A stretch of DNA of 64,000 nt from Gekko japonicus. Lineage: Eukaryota. The stretch is taken from NCBI RefSeq assembly GCF_001447785.1, contig NW_015176475.1, positions 629,869-693,868 of the forward strand, given 5' to 3'. Numbering within the stretch: the first letter of the stretch is position 1; each line of letters opens with the position of its first letter. The notes below the pieces were generated by a model, which saw nothing but the letters and a program-made list of their open reading frames with translations, did not search any database and was not told where the DNA came from. The position numbers and the translations under genes are program-made. Shown piece by piece: positions 27,985-40,941 of the stretch.

Positions 27985-28792
27985 GTGAATGAAATTTTAT
28001 TATGGCATCCAGCCAGAGCAATCCAAACACCCCACCAAGGGGCACCAAAATAAAACATCACAAACTACCCAATATAAAAATATAGCATACATATAACAGA
28101 TTCACTAAAAAAGACACTAAAAAGGAGAGAATTGCGATTTTTCAAGTTAAGCTGTCCTTTTTGAATGCAACGGCATGCCATCCAAAATTTAGCCACAATC
28201 TTAGTAATAGAGTGATTTTCATCCGATAACATTTTATTACAACACTCCGCGTCTGTCTGCCCAGGCATCTCTTTAATAAGAGGTCTATCTCAAGCCTCAT
28301 TGTACCACTTACATCTAAACATCATATGTTCAATAGTTTCTATCTCCCCAGACTCACATTTACAAAGTCTCTGTGCAAGGGGAACTCTTCTATATCTGCC
28401 CTCGAGCACTGCAGAGGGGAGAGCCTCACATCTAGCTAGTGCGAAGGCTTTTCTATATTTATTTATATCAAGGTGTGTTAAATATCGGGACACATCTCGG
28501 GACCTGAAGGATAGCTCTAAGAAATTTGGTTTGAACCCTCTCAAGAGGAGCAAAGCTGGAAGAAGAGGGGCCAACTAAGGTGCCATAGAGCATTTGTGCA
28601 ACTGCCTTTGCCTGAAAAAGTTTTTGAGCAGCTGGAACGAAAAGAGCCCCTTTTGTATGATAAAACTTGAGGATGTTATTGGCAGTTCTTTCGCCTTGCA
28701 TCGCCACATACTGAATGTGGACATTTTTGGCACCTGAAGATTGAAGGACCATACCTAAATATTTAAAACAGGAGACCTGTTCAATGGAATGC
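27985..28792 (-). mobile_element. RTE-X-like LINE 3' fragment
   Basis: FKYLG motif and C-terminal GRYRRVPLAQRLCKC...ETIEHMMFRC zinc knuckle; 10-bp TSD CTGGTGATCT at 27975-27984 and 28793-28802. Clade assignment tentative. Confidence 0.75.
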
Positions 28793-30177
28793 CTGGTGAT
28801 CTATATTTACAATGGTCATAAAACATATCTCGGTGTTAACCATTAGATCTTACAGTAATCTTTGATACATTTGGTCATAATATTGGCCTTGAAGATTGTA
28901 GTGGGTGCTCTTTAGTAGTTTCATTATTTGTCAAAGGCTTCATAGGAAATGTGGAAATCAGAATCAATCCTAGAGGGATGATTCTGTGAGCGCTACTAGT
29001 TCCAGTTTCAACCCCAATAGAATCTAGCATCTATATGCAGTAGCTAAGATTGTCCATAGTTATTTATTTAGAAATTTCAAATAGATTGGTTTTATCATCA
29101 ATATGTTAATCATCAATATGTTAATAGATTGGTTTTATCATCAATATGTCTCTCTGTCAGTGAGGCACTACCCAAAGATGTTCTAGACACTTGAACAGAA
29201 ACATTCTACAACATTTCAAATTGAACATAATGGCTGTAGAAAGAATTGCATTTGTTTATTAATAGTATTTTGTGGTTTTAAGCACTGATTTTTAAAAAAT
29301 CAAGTAAGAAATATCCAACACCTCTTCCATTTTCTTGAAAAGGTTTTTGAGCAGCTGAAACAAAAAGAGCCCCTTTTGTATGATAAAACTTAAGGATGTT
29401 ATTGGAAGTTCTTTCACCTTGCATCACCACATACTGAATGTGGGCATTTTTGGCCCCTGAAGATTGAAGGACCATGCCTAAAAATTTAAAACAGGAGACC
29501 TGCTCAATTTATTTATTTATTTATTTATTTGTTAGATTTATACCCCGCCCTCCCCAGCAGGCTCAGGGCGGCTACAACAAAGGCAATTGCCATAACAACA
29601 GTTAAAACAGTTAAAACATCCTCTGTCCCATTCCATTCAATGGAATGCCTGGTGATCTATATTTACAATGGTCATAAAACATGTCTCGGTGTTAACCATT
29701 AGATCTTACAGTAATCTTTGATACATTTGGTCATAATATTGGCCTTGAAGATTGTAGTGGGTGCTCTTTAGTAGTTTCATTATTTGTCAAAGGCTTCATA
29801 GGAAATGTGGAAATCAGAATCAGTCCTAGAGGGATGATTCTGTGAGCGCTACTAGTTCCAGTTTCAATCCCAATAGAATCTAGCATCTATATGCAGTAGC
29901 TGTCCATAGTTATTTATTTAGAAATTTCAAATAGATTGGTTTTATCATCAATATGTTAATCATCAATATGTTTTTATCATCAATATGTCTCTCTGTCAGT
30001 TGAGGCACTACCCAAAGATGTTCAAGACACTTGAACAGAAACATTCTACAACATTTCAAATTGAACATAATGGCTGTAGAAAGAATTGCATTTGTTTATT
30101 AATAGTATTTTGTGGTTTTAAGCACTGATTTTTAAAAAATCAAGTAAGAAATATCCAACACCTCTTCCATTTTCTTC
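28613..30177 (+). repeat. Tandem duplication (unit 28613-29335; second copy 29336-30177 with a ~130-nt insertion)
   Basis: Near-identical sequence, e.g. TGGTGATCTATATTTACAATGG...CCTCTTCCATTTTCTT occurs twice. Confidence 0.92.
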
Positions 30178-30184
30178 ATTCCAG

Positions 30185-30299
30185 GTAGACTACAAGGCAG
30201 ATGAGTGGCTTATGAAGAATATGGACCCTTTGAATGACAACGTGGCCACCCTCCTACACCAGTCTTCTGACAAGTTTGTTGCTGAGCTTTGGAAGGATG
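30185..30299 (+). CDS. MYH10: MYH10 exon ([38 protein letters not shown]), 115 nt
   Basis: AG/GTAAG. Confidence 0.97.
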
Positions 30300-32701
30300 G
30301 TAAGAGTCTGCTCAAAATCTACATGACAATTGGAAGTCCCCTGTGGATAAGTTAGTCAGTATTTCTAAGGCCTTATCTGGAAACTTTAATATCTAGATTG
30401 CTGTGATGCCTTAGTTATTTCCTACCAGAATTTGCAGTGGGAGGATCCTGAACTACTGCAGCAATATGAATTAACTCACTTTGTTTGTGAGTTAGAGCAG
30501 CTGCACTTTGTGTCCATTAACTACACTTCTTACCTACAAGTATGTATTGAATAAACTTACTACTTTGTCACAATTGTTTAGGTGTGTACCTGAAAGCCTG
30601 TGTTTGAAAGTAAACCAGTTTCAGCCTTGTATGAGATTCAGAAGTGTTAAAGTTGCTGTTTCACTAGTCAGTAATGAAAGCAGTGTAATTGGATTTCCTT
30701 GGTAGAACGGATAACAATTATCTAGACATTTATATAACTTTAAACTAGTTCTCCCTGAAGCTGGAAATATAATACTACATAAGGTAAAAAATAATTTTTC
30801 CATTGCTGATATTTTTTCGTTGGCTATGACAGAATATCTACCAACAACGAGAAACCTTTGACCACAGAAACAGTGCAGTATTTAAGCTAGTTTGTATTGC
30901 TTGGCTTGCTCCCAAGGCAGTGTTGTAATTTAGGATCCTTTTAACCTTTACTTCACTTTAACACTGACTCGTGAACCAAAATAGAGTTGGCTTGTTACAG
31001 AAGTGGATTAATGGAGCCAAATTACAGAGTATGTTATGGCCCAGAATGGTTCATATGGTCATCAACCTTAAAATGTCATGTTGTGTTGTAGAGCAGGACA
31101 CATTTGTTCGTATGCACTTGATTTGTGTAATGCTTGCGGTTTTGGAATCCCCTTCCACACCCTCTTGATGGTGTGTGAGTAATGGCTCTAAAGTGGTAGG
31201 GGAGAAGAGGGAAAATTATTTCAGTATCTCTCCTTTTCCTCTGTCCCTTTTCCCCTCTGTCCCCCACCCCACTGCATGTCTTGAATGGATGGCATTCATA
31301 GAATACACCAGGCACTGCAGATGCTGTCCATCCCAGCTATGGGAGGGGTAGGGGGAGAGAAGAGAACAGGAGGGGAAAAATAATGGAGAGATGCTGCAAT
31401 TATTTTTTGTCCTCTCAAGGACGTCCTACTACTGTCACTTATTCCCCATCAGGCGGGCAGATGAGTGAAGGGGCAAATTTTCTGATTTCAGATTTACCAT
31501 CCAAACCAGACAGAAATTTGGCAGCTGGGGAAATTGTCTCACTGTTAAGATGGGTATTTGGAGCTGCTGAAACTCATTCTCTAACCCACAGAAGTACAAA
31601 CTCTGTCAGCATCTCTAATGTCCACATCGTTATTTGTGTTGTAAGTAGAGTGTATCGACACTGGTTCACTGCCCCTCTAGGCATGCATACAGTGTTTTTA
31701 CACTGAAGATACTGATGTACAGAAAATAATCCTGTCTGAGTGTGTGTGTTTCCCCAGCCCAATTTGAGAAAACACTCAGTACAATCCTATAGAGCAGAAT
31801 CAGATCTTGTACTTTATTGATCAACAAAGGAGGAAGGTGCAGATCCAATAAGGTTTTGGACCCCACAGCTCTCCCTAAGGTTACAATGGGAGACATATGA
31901 CAGTTAGAAATAAATCATAATTATTGGTTCCATCAAACTTTGTCATATATCCGTCACACCATTCTGATTGGGCCCAGGCCTGTAGGTTGGACTTTCTCAG
32001 GCAAAAATATACCTCCTTCAGTTGAACAATGGACCTTCTTCTTCCCAGGCTATGAAGTGATAAAAAGTATCTAATGTAACAGATATAGGTACATCGTTTA
32101 GTATGGTTTCCATCTAACACAAGCTACCTGACATCAGGGACATGCGCAGTTACAACTGGCCATTATAAGCAAGGTCATAAGCAGTCACTGCCTGTTAGCA
32201 TTTAGTATTTTCCCCAGAATGCGTTTAAACAATGAACCAAAGTGAATATCTGAATATATGTTCATAATTGATTTCTGCTTCCATAATTAGAATCATCAAT
32301 GGCACTTAACATATCTGTATGTCTGTGTATGTCAGAGGTGGTAACTGAGTCCACTAAGGTTAGCCTACTAAGTCAGACAGAGTCCTGAGTTCATAACAGT
32401 GTTTCATAAACTGTGCGTATAACAATACTGTAAATCAGTCTAAAATATATAATGTAAACAGTTAATATATAAAAACATTATTTAGTTAGCAGTATAGAAT
32501 CTGTAATTTCTGTAATGTTTCCTTGTGATCTTCTAGTCAGCCTCTATGTCCTGGGATGAATAAACTGCCTGGGATCCACAGTGGCCTGTCTACTTCTGTA
32601 ATACAAGGTTAAAACTTGCTTGCAATTCTAAATGGTATTCTTTTTACTAACGGGACTGTCTTATGTATCTGCTCTTTGTTTTTGCTGTTTCTGTGCTGTA
32701 G

Positions 32702-32764
32702 AGATTCACAATATTCAGAGAGCCTCTTTCTATGACAATGTTACTGATCTTCCTGATGCACCAG
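32702..32764 (+). CDS. MYH10: MYH10 alternative B2 cassette exon (loop 2 insert, EIHNIQRASFYDNVTDLPDAP), 63 nt
   Basis: 21 codons, phase 1-1, between WKD and VDRIVG; resembles the mammalian B2 insert (EIQNIQRASFYD...); TACTAAC at 32645-32651; TAG/GTGAAT. Confidence 0.92.
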
Positions 32765-33333
32765 GTGAATGAAAAAGCTAGGTCTCCTAAAAGCAGGATC
32801 TGAACCTATAGGAAAATCATTCTTGCTTGTAGACCAGCATGAACATTTCATTTCATCCTAACCTTAGCCTCCCCAAGTCAAGTGTTCTTAGAGCATACCA
32901 GTTCAGTTGCTATCTCATACATACATTTTATGTACCTCACTTTTAGAAGCTTTGCAAATGAATAGCTGCATTTTGGAAAAAAGAGGCTGGCTTATCCAAT
33001 ATATTCTGGCTTTAGATATTTGGTTAGAATTCTAAGAGCTCTGTTATATGTTGCACACTTTTATATTGTCTGTATACAACTCAAAAAGAGATACAGACAA
33101 AGTTAATGGCTAATACTGAGTTTTGTTTTGTTTTCGCATCTTTAAAATTGCTGTCCAATAGCATGCTGAATGTTCATATTCAGAAACTGCTCAGTACTAG
33201 TATCATGCTATTAAATGCCTACATATCGAAAGGTGACTTTTGGGAACAGTATTTGGGTCAGACAGATAAGCTTATACCCTCATGTTGCCCATTTTTGCTT
33301 TAGAGTACTACTAAACTTGAATTATTCTGTTAA

Positions 33334-34972
33334 CTAGGGAGCAAAGCCCGTTGTGGATGAAGACAACGGGTCCTAGAAAGGTAGGAAGGGTGGGTGAANN
33401 NNNNNNNNNNNNNNNNNNNNNNNNNNNNNNNNNNNNNNNNNNNNNNNNNNNNNNNNNNNNNNNNNNNNNNNNNNNNNNNNNNNNNNNNNNNNNNNNNNNN
33501 NNNNNNNNNNNNNNNNNNNNNNNNNNNNNNNNNNNNNNNNNNNATGAAAGGGGGGGAAAGAAGTCAAAGAGATGGGGAGGAAGGGAGAAAGAGTGAGGGA
33601 GGGAAAGAATGAAGGGAGANNNNNNNNNNNNNNNNNNNNNNNNNNNNNNNNNNNNNNNNNNNNNNNNNNNNNNNNNNNNNNNNNNNNNNNNNNNNNNNNN
33701 NNNNNNNNNNNNNNNNNNNNNNNNNNNNNNNNNNNNNNNNNNNNNNNNNNNNNNNNNNNNNNNNNNNNNNNNNNNNNNNNNNNNNNNNNNNNNNNNNNNN
33801 NNNNNNNNNNNNNNNNNNNNNNNNNNNNNNNNNNNNNNNNNNNNNNNNNNNNNNNNNNNNNNNNNNNNNNNNNNNNNNNNNNNNNNNNNNNNNNNNNNNN
33901 NNNNNNNNNNNNNNNNNNNNNNNNNNNNNNNNNNNNNNNNNNNNNNNNNNNNNNNNNNNNNNNNNNNNNNNNNNNNNNNNNNNNNNNNNNNNNNNNNNNN
34001 NNNNNNNNNNNNNNNNNNNNNNNNNNNNNNNNNNNNNNNNNNNNNNNNNNNNNNNNNNNNNNNNNNNNNNNNNNNNNNNNNNNNNNNNNNNNNNNNNNNN
34101 NNNNNNNNNNNNNNNNNNNNNNNNNNNNNNNNNNNNNNNNNNNNNNNNNNNNNNNNNNNNNNNNNNNNNNNNNNNNNNNNNNNNNNNNNNNNNNNNNNNN
34201 NNNNNNNNNNNNNNNNNNNNNNNNNNNNNNNNNNNNNNNNNNNNNNNNNNNNNNNNNNNNNNNNNNNNNNNNNNNNNNNNNNNNNNNNNNNNNNNNNNNN
34301 NNNNNNNNNNNNNNNNNNNNNNNNNNNNNNNNNNNNNNNNNNNNNNNNNNNNNNNNNNNNNNNNNNNNNNNNNNNNNNNNNNNNNNNNNNNNNNNNNNNN
34401 NCTGCAGCCCTTTAAGTGCTCCCCCGAAGGCCTGTTTAGCTGGGGGGGGGATTGCTGCCGATGCCGCTGCCGCTCTTCAACTGCTCCCCCCGAAGGCTCA
34501 TGCCATGGCCACGTCGGCTCCACTCACCCACCAGATGGTTGTCAGCAATAGTCTGACTTCTGAGGGGACTGGGCACAGAGGTAGGGCTACAACCTTCTTG
34601 TTCTGAGGTGGGACTTAGGCGACACAGCCAATGGATAGGGGAAGCTTCTGAGTGACTGTAAGCGTCCAAACACTGTTGGTGCGCATTCGAACGTTGGACG
34701 CGACTTTTTGTTGTTGTTCAGTCGCACAGTCGAGTCCGACTCTTCGCGACCCCATGGACCAGATCACGCCAGGCCTTCCTGTCTTCCGCCATCCTCTGAA
34801 GTTGGCTCAATTTCATGTTCGTTGCATCTATGACACTGTCTAACCATCTAATCCTTTGCCGTCCCTGTCTTCTTTGACCTTCAATCTTTCCCAGCATCAG
34901 GGTCTTCTCCAGTGAGTGCTCCCTTCTCATTTGGTGGCCAAAATATTTGAGCTTTATATATAAGGGGACAGA
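33334..34972 (-). mobile_element. Non-autonomous Helitron-like element (mostly assembly gap)
   Basis: On the minus strand: 5' A|TCTGTCCCCTTATATATAAA; 3' hairpin CCCGTTGT-N8-ACAACGGG (33347-33370) followed by CTAG|T; no TSD. Linkage of the two ends across the N gaps is assumed. Confidence 0.65.
34705..34953 (-). mobile_element. RTE-BovB LINE 3' fragment
   Basis: KLKYFGHQMRREHSLEKTLMLGKIEG.RR.GRQR.RWLDSV; (CAA)n tail. Confidence 0.92.
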
Positions 34973-34990
34973 TATGCTGAATTCTTCAAG

Positions 34991-37900
34991 ATCTTCATTG
35001 TGGTCTCTGTGCATCACACCCATGGGATCCAGTGCGCCTGCGCTGACCCAGTTGGTGATGTAAAAAGCTCAAACGGGATTTTCGTGCCTCAGCTCAGGGC
35101 ATGTGCAGGAACCCCAACCACGCATGCCCAGAGGGGTGGGGTGCAGACATCGCACCAGTTCTCTTCTGACCACCGTGCTGTAAGCACCCTTTTTTGTCAA
35201 TTGGTGAGATTGCCTCATTTTCCTCACAGGATTTTTTCTTCTCCTTTACTTTTTGTTTCTTCTTAGTGTTAATCCTTTTTCCTTAGTTCTGCCTTCTAAA
35301 AACAAAACACCTTTTAGAGACTGTTAGGTTGCCTTTTGTTTTTCCCGCTTTGCGTGCACGCACACACACACACACACACACTGATCCATTTTTGTATCTT
35401 AGCCACTACTTTGTTTTATGGCTAAGAAGTGGGTTTTATTCAAGAGTGTGGCAGTAAACTTGCACCTCCGGACAGTCACTCTCTCTGCGTTCTCTGTTTG
35501 GGGGAGCACATCGTCCTGATTCTTGCCAGCACTGTGCTAAATTCTCCAACCAAACATGTAAAACCCGAGTGGCTTGACTAAGAGTGGCCCCCTTGGAATC
35601 CGCGCTCCAACTTGCTTCTGCCGCTTCCAAGAGCCTCGACAAGTGCGACATGTCGTTCAACTAGACATGTCCACTGCCATCGCTCTTCTGATGTCTACAG
35701 TTCTCCTCCAGGCCACCACAGCGCCTTGAGACAAACCTTCCTTGGCACCTGTGTCCACACATGGACTGGATCACATGTATAAAGTTCAAGAGGCTGGGGC
35801 TGAATTTCTCTACACTCACTCCAAGCCTAATTCTGTAGCTGTGTCCTCCTCCTCCAAATCCAAGAGATCTCATTCAGCACCACCAGATAAAGAAAGTAGA
35901 AAACTCGACTCCTTTGGTAGGTGTTTCTATTCTCCTGCTGCCCTTGGGGTCAAGACTGCTATCTCGTGTGGATGAGCCACTACCAATATACCCTCTGGGA
36001 GCAGCTTACTGATGTCTTTGCCTCACTCACGGATGACAAGCCCAGTCTGTCCGAAAGATCCAAAAGGAAGGTCTGGTATTGGCCAAGCAACTGATTAATT
36101 CATGCAAACATGCCTTAGACACCTTTTCCAAAACAATGACCTCGGCTATCGCACTGCATCGTAATTCCTGGCTTCGCGACACTACACTTCAACTGGACAC
36201 CAGGGCCTGCATTGAAGACCTCCCATTCGATGGTTAGGGGCTTTTCCATGCAACAACAGATTCAGTCCTTCAGGATATGGACAAAAGTATTAAAACCTCC
36301 CGCCCGTTGGGGGTCTCCTCCTCCTCTAAACAATACAAGCCTCAGTCCTGGTCCCGCTCTTGGCTAAAACGCTCTTTGACCAGATCTTCTCCAGAGCGTT
36401 CTTGGCATCCTTTGGCCTCCCCAGCTGGGCAGTGACCCCCTTATCCTACCAAGCCTTGATATGCCTCGGGACATCAAGCCAACTATTCAAAGCCCCCTCA
36501 GGCTCCCAAGCAGGGCCTTTGACTTTATTGGCCAGCTGCCTTTTCGTCCCACCTGACTGACTCCTTACTTTCACACCTGGGAGCAAATTACCACTGACAG
36601 ATGGGTTCTTTCCTTCATATCATAGAATCATAGAATGTTAGAGTTGGAAGGGACCTTGCAGGTCATCTAGTCCAACCCCCTGCACTCTGCAAGGAGCATA
36701 GCCGAAAGATAGCCCTACAACATACCCAAAAGATGGTCATCCAGCCTCCACTTGAAAACGTCCAGCGAAGGAGCATCCACCACCTCCTCAGGCAGTCTGT
36801 TCCACTGCTCAACCACTCTTACAGTTAGGACGTTTCTCCTGATATTTAGCTGGTAATGACTCCCTTGTAATTTCCACCCATTAGATCTAGTCTTGCAATT
36901 CGGAGCAAGACAGAATAGATCCACTCCATCTTTTACATGATAGCCCTTCAAATACTTGAAGACTGCAATCATGTCCCCTCTAAGCCTTCTCTTTCCCAGG
37001 TTAAACATACCCAACTCTTTCAGCCTTTCCTCATAAGACTTGGATTCCAACCCTCTCACCATCCTGGTTGCCCTCTTCTGGACACGCTCGAGCTTGGGTA
37101 CTCAATAGAATTTTTTCAACATCAATCTCTGCCAGTCTTCGTCATCATTCTGCCTTCTCTGGCACTCTTCCAGGAGGTTTCCATCCTTTTGAACAAAAAT
37201 GCTATCGAGAAGGTACCCCCAGAATCTTGTGGCAGAGGCTTCTATTCCCGCTACTTCACAATGCCCAAAAGGGATGGCGGAATAAGGCCAATTTTGGACT
37301 TGAGAGCTCTCAATTCCTTCATAGTTTACCGCAAGTTCAGGATGGTTTCCTTTCAACTCATCCTGCCCCTCTTACGACATGGTGTGTGGATGGCCACTCT
37401 GGACCTTCAGGATGCATATTTTCACTTGAACATCCACCACTGCCGATACCTACGTTTCACCATTGAGGATGGCCACTACCAATACAAGGTTCCTCCCAGA
37501 GTCTTCACGAAGTCAATTGTTGTCGTCGCTGTCCACCTTCATCTTCAAGGGGTTACCATTTTCCCTTATATAGATGATTGGCTCCTTATCAAGAGACCTC
37601 CTTCTCTGGCACATTCAAATCACTCTAGATCTCCTTCAGCAGTTGGGTCTCTGCGTGAAACTTGGGAAATCGCATCTCATACCTTCTCGGAAAGTTCAAT
37701 TCATTGGAGCAATACTGGACTCCGTCAAGTGCAGAGCTTACCTCCCAGCCAACAGACTGAACACTCTTGTCCCCCGATCAACGCTTGTGCATTCACTCCC
37801 GATGGTATCCGCTTTTCAGGTCCAGCGCTTGCTCGGTCTCATGGCAGTGACTATAGCTGAGGATGCGACCACTCCAGATGTGGTTTCTCAAGTCGTACAA

Positions 37901-38229
37901 CCCATCAACTCAGCCTCAGTCAACTTTACTTTGCCCTCTGGCAGCTGTCTGCAAATCCCTCCTCTGGTGGGAACAGGCTTCAAATCTCTCCATCGGAGCA
38001 CCCTTCCACCCACCTGCTCCCCAGCTCACTCTAACAACCAATGTCTCTTGCTGGGGATGGGGAGCGCATCTCCGTGGACTTTCCGTCGGCGGAAGATGGG
38101 ACTGAGACCTTCATCGTCACCACATCAACTTTCTAGAACTCCTGGCTATACAATTCGCTCTCTGATCCTTCCAACCATTGGTTGCGGGAAAGTGTGTAGC
38201 AGTCCTAACGGGCAGTACAACGACACTAG
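34991..38229 (+). mobile_element. DIRS retrotransposon (family A), 3'-truncated in RNase H
   Basis: Left ITR like that at 53410; gag remnants; RT (FYSRYF, RPILDLR, LDLQDAYFH, PYIDDWL); RNase H start; no YR or right ITR. Confidence 0.92.
36621..37092 (-). mobile_element. CR1 LINE 3' fragment nested in DIRS
   Basis: MVRGLESKSYEERLKELGMF...RRLRGDMIAVFKYLKG; CATAGAAT tail; interrupts the DIRS WVLSFI|LGYSIEF frame. Confidence 0.93.
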
Positions 38230-38587
38230 ATTTTTTTCATGAACCCACACTGCTACCTAGATTTTTTATGAAATCGCTAGAAAATTTTTGTACTACTCTT
38301 GATTGGATTTCTGTATTTTGTGAAAACACTAAAGACTTGATTGTGCAACTGATAAGTGTTTAACCCATCACTGAATGACAACTTTTCACTTAATTTTGTG
38401 AAGGGGGTGGAGTATTTAAAGCTTGGTCCATTTTTTGCTGGTGATGCTTCTGAATAATGACTTAATTGTCCAGCCCTTGCTTCAATTTGTAAATTCGAGT
38501 TTTAAAATTATAGAAATACAGAACGTCTGCTGATCTGAAATATAAAGTTTGTGCTGGAGTTCAGACAGCATTTTTCTCATTGGTAGA

Positions 38588-39587
38588 TGTTGTGGGAATC
38601 TGACTACACGTGTCTAACACTTGTCACCCACTATCCCTCTGTTCTACGTCTTGGGTATTGGCCCCTTACCACGGGCTGTGGAAATGTGCAAAGGAGGTCC
38701 GCCGAGAGAGCGGAGAGAGAGACTGACAAACAAATACTTTTTTATACAAACTCCCTTCTTTATTTAGGTTAGTACCAAGGTTAAATACTTTAGGCAGGTC
38801 GGTCAGCCAGGTGCTGAAACTGAAAGCCTACAATATAATGCAAATACTTATTCCCTAAAAGCATGCAAGCATCCACACTAAAATAAGACAGAAACAAAGT
38901 AACACACACATAATAGACAACACTCTTAGACTCAGAGAGACAGCACTTCTCTCTGATTCTAAGAGTGAGTGAAGATGCTTTGCCAGGTACACTGTTTTAT
39001 ACACATTGATCAGAGTTACCCAAGAATTGTCACATTTGTCAATTACATCAGTTTGGCATCAATCGAGGTTTTGATCGTCCTGCTATTAACAGGAGATGGT
39101 CCCTTTCATTCCAAGAGAGGGGAAACAAATTGTTTACAGGACATGCACAGATAACAATTTACATTTTGAATTACAACTCCAAGATGATCCTGTCAGGATG
39201 TTTCTCTGTGTTCTTTGGCCTGGGAGACAACACAGAACTCTGCGTTATCTCTGATGTACAAAGAGGGGTGTGAAACCTGATGCCTCTGTAAGCCATTGCA
39301 TTGTTAATTAAGTGTCTTTTTTGACCAAAAGGCCCTTCTGCCAGATGCAGGTTATTACCTTGAGTTTTACATTTCTACCACCTAAGGTAATTTACATCCC
39401 ATTCAGGTCCTGGGAATGGAATGCAGGGCCATCCTGTGTATGTGCATGGGAAGAGACTGAGACAAAGAAACACAAAGGATCATGGATGCAAGGTTCACAA
39501 TAGCTAAACTTAGCCAGAGACAGAAAAAGATACATTGGATTTCATTTTAAACCCAAAACTACATACATTTCTAAAATTCTTACTACA
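38588..39587 (-). mobile_element. Solo LTR (1.0 kb)
   Basis: TGT...ACA termini; 5-bp TSD GTAGA at 38583-38587 and 39588-39592; AATAAA on the minus strand ~38760. Confidence 0.75.
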
Positions 39588-40214
39588 GTAGATTGTGTTT
39601 TGTAGCAGGAATTTAAAATGGGGTATAAGTTTTTAGCTTTAGCTGGGGCAAATAAAGTACTGTCACATGAGTTTACATTTCTTGCTATTTATAAGATTAT
39701 AGTGAGTCTTTTGCCTCATATTTTTATAGTGCCTCAGTTTCAAATTACTTACTTTACTAATTAATACAAAGGCATTTATTTCCAGACTGAAGCATGAGTT
39801 AAAAATTTTAAACATTGATATTATTTGGGAAATGTGGCCTGCAGGTGACGTTGGATTTTTTCTCATGGTTGAAGACACCTATAGCTTGTTTTCTTCCCAA
39901 GACAATGTAAAAGGGTGGTAAGAGTGAAACTCCCCCCCCCCTTTGCTTCCTGAAAAAGAGGTTGTAGTAAAAAATATCAAATATATTTTAGACGTTTCAG
40001 TTATGTTTAATATGTATGAAAGATCACTAAACTTGCACTTGATGCCATAGAAGGTATCGATTGTGTTATTTGTAATACAGAAAATGCATTTCATGTTAAT
40101 GTTCTGTCAAGTAAAAAAACCTTAATACTTCATTTTTCATACTCTCTTAGTTTTGTAAGAAAATATTTCATCCACTGCAGTTGAAGGAGACCTGTAGTGT
40201 TGGTGGGTTATTTC

Positions 40215-40410
40215 TATTTTCAAAAACCCTTCACTTTTCCTTCAGTGCGTCTAAAATATCTTGATAATATTGCCTCTTTTCTCGTCTTTGTCTGGCTGCA
40301 AGTCCAATTGCCAGTCTCATCCCAGACAATTCTCGTTGGTGTTTCCATATTCATGTTTTGCTGAAAGTACAGCTTCATTTCCTTTTTTACATAGGAAATA
40401 TCGCCAGCTG
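40215..40410 (-). mobile_element. L1 ORF2 fragment
   Basis: KKEMKLYFQQNMNMETPTRIVWD resembles the post-endonuclease region of L1 ORF2p. Confidence 0.55.
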
Positions 40411-40941
40411 CAGCTCTGCTTGCAAAAAGACCCTTTAGAGGGTCTTTTTGCAAACATGGTGGGAGCTATGGTGCGTGCGGCTGAGTTCCCAGTGGCAATT
40501 TGCTGCTTGGGATTCAAGCCATCATACCACCACCGCACTTGCTGTGGGGCTCACACTGAACGGGTCAGCAGCGCAGGCCTGAATCCCAAGCAGTGAATTG
40601 CTGCTGGGAAATCAGCCATGGTGCGAGCTGTGGCTGGCAACAGTCCCTCCTGTCAGACTTGGGTTCGCCTTCTTTTATGTTTTCTATATCTGTAGCATTA
40701 CCAATCTGTTTTCTGTACCCCACACCTCTGTTCCCTTCCCCCCTCCCCCCAGCCATCACTGACTTACGCAGATGTATCCGGCTGTCCACTTATCCCTCAC
40801 CCTCACTGACATTCCTGGTGGGAGGGAGAGAGACTGTAGAAGGGAGTGGGACTGTGTGAATGTCTGTAGTTTAGGTAGGCAACGCTGGTAACCTTTTTCC
40901 CAAGCAGCACCTCATGGATCTTTCACATGAGAGTGTCCTTG

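Noticed and set aside
33351-34606. Long ORFs of 268-344 aa
   Set aside because: Artefacts of translating N gaps (33399-33543, 33620-34401).
36937-37860. 307-aa ORF
   Set aside because: Antisense CR1 sequence running by chance into the DIRS RT frame.
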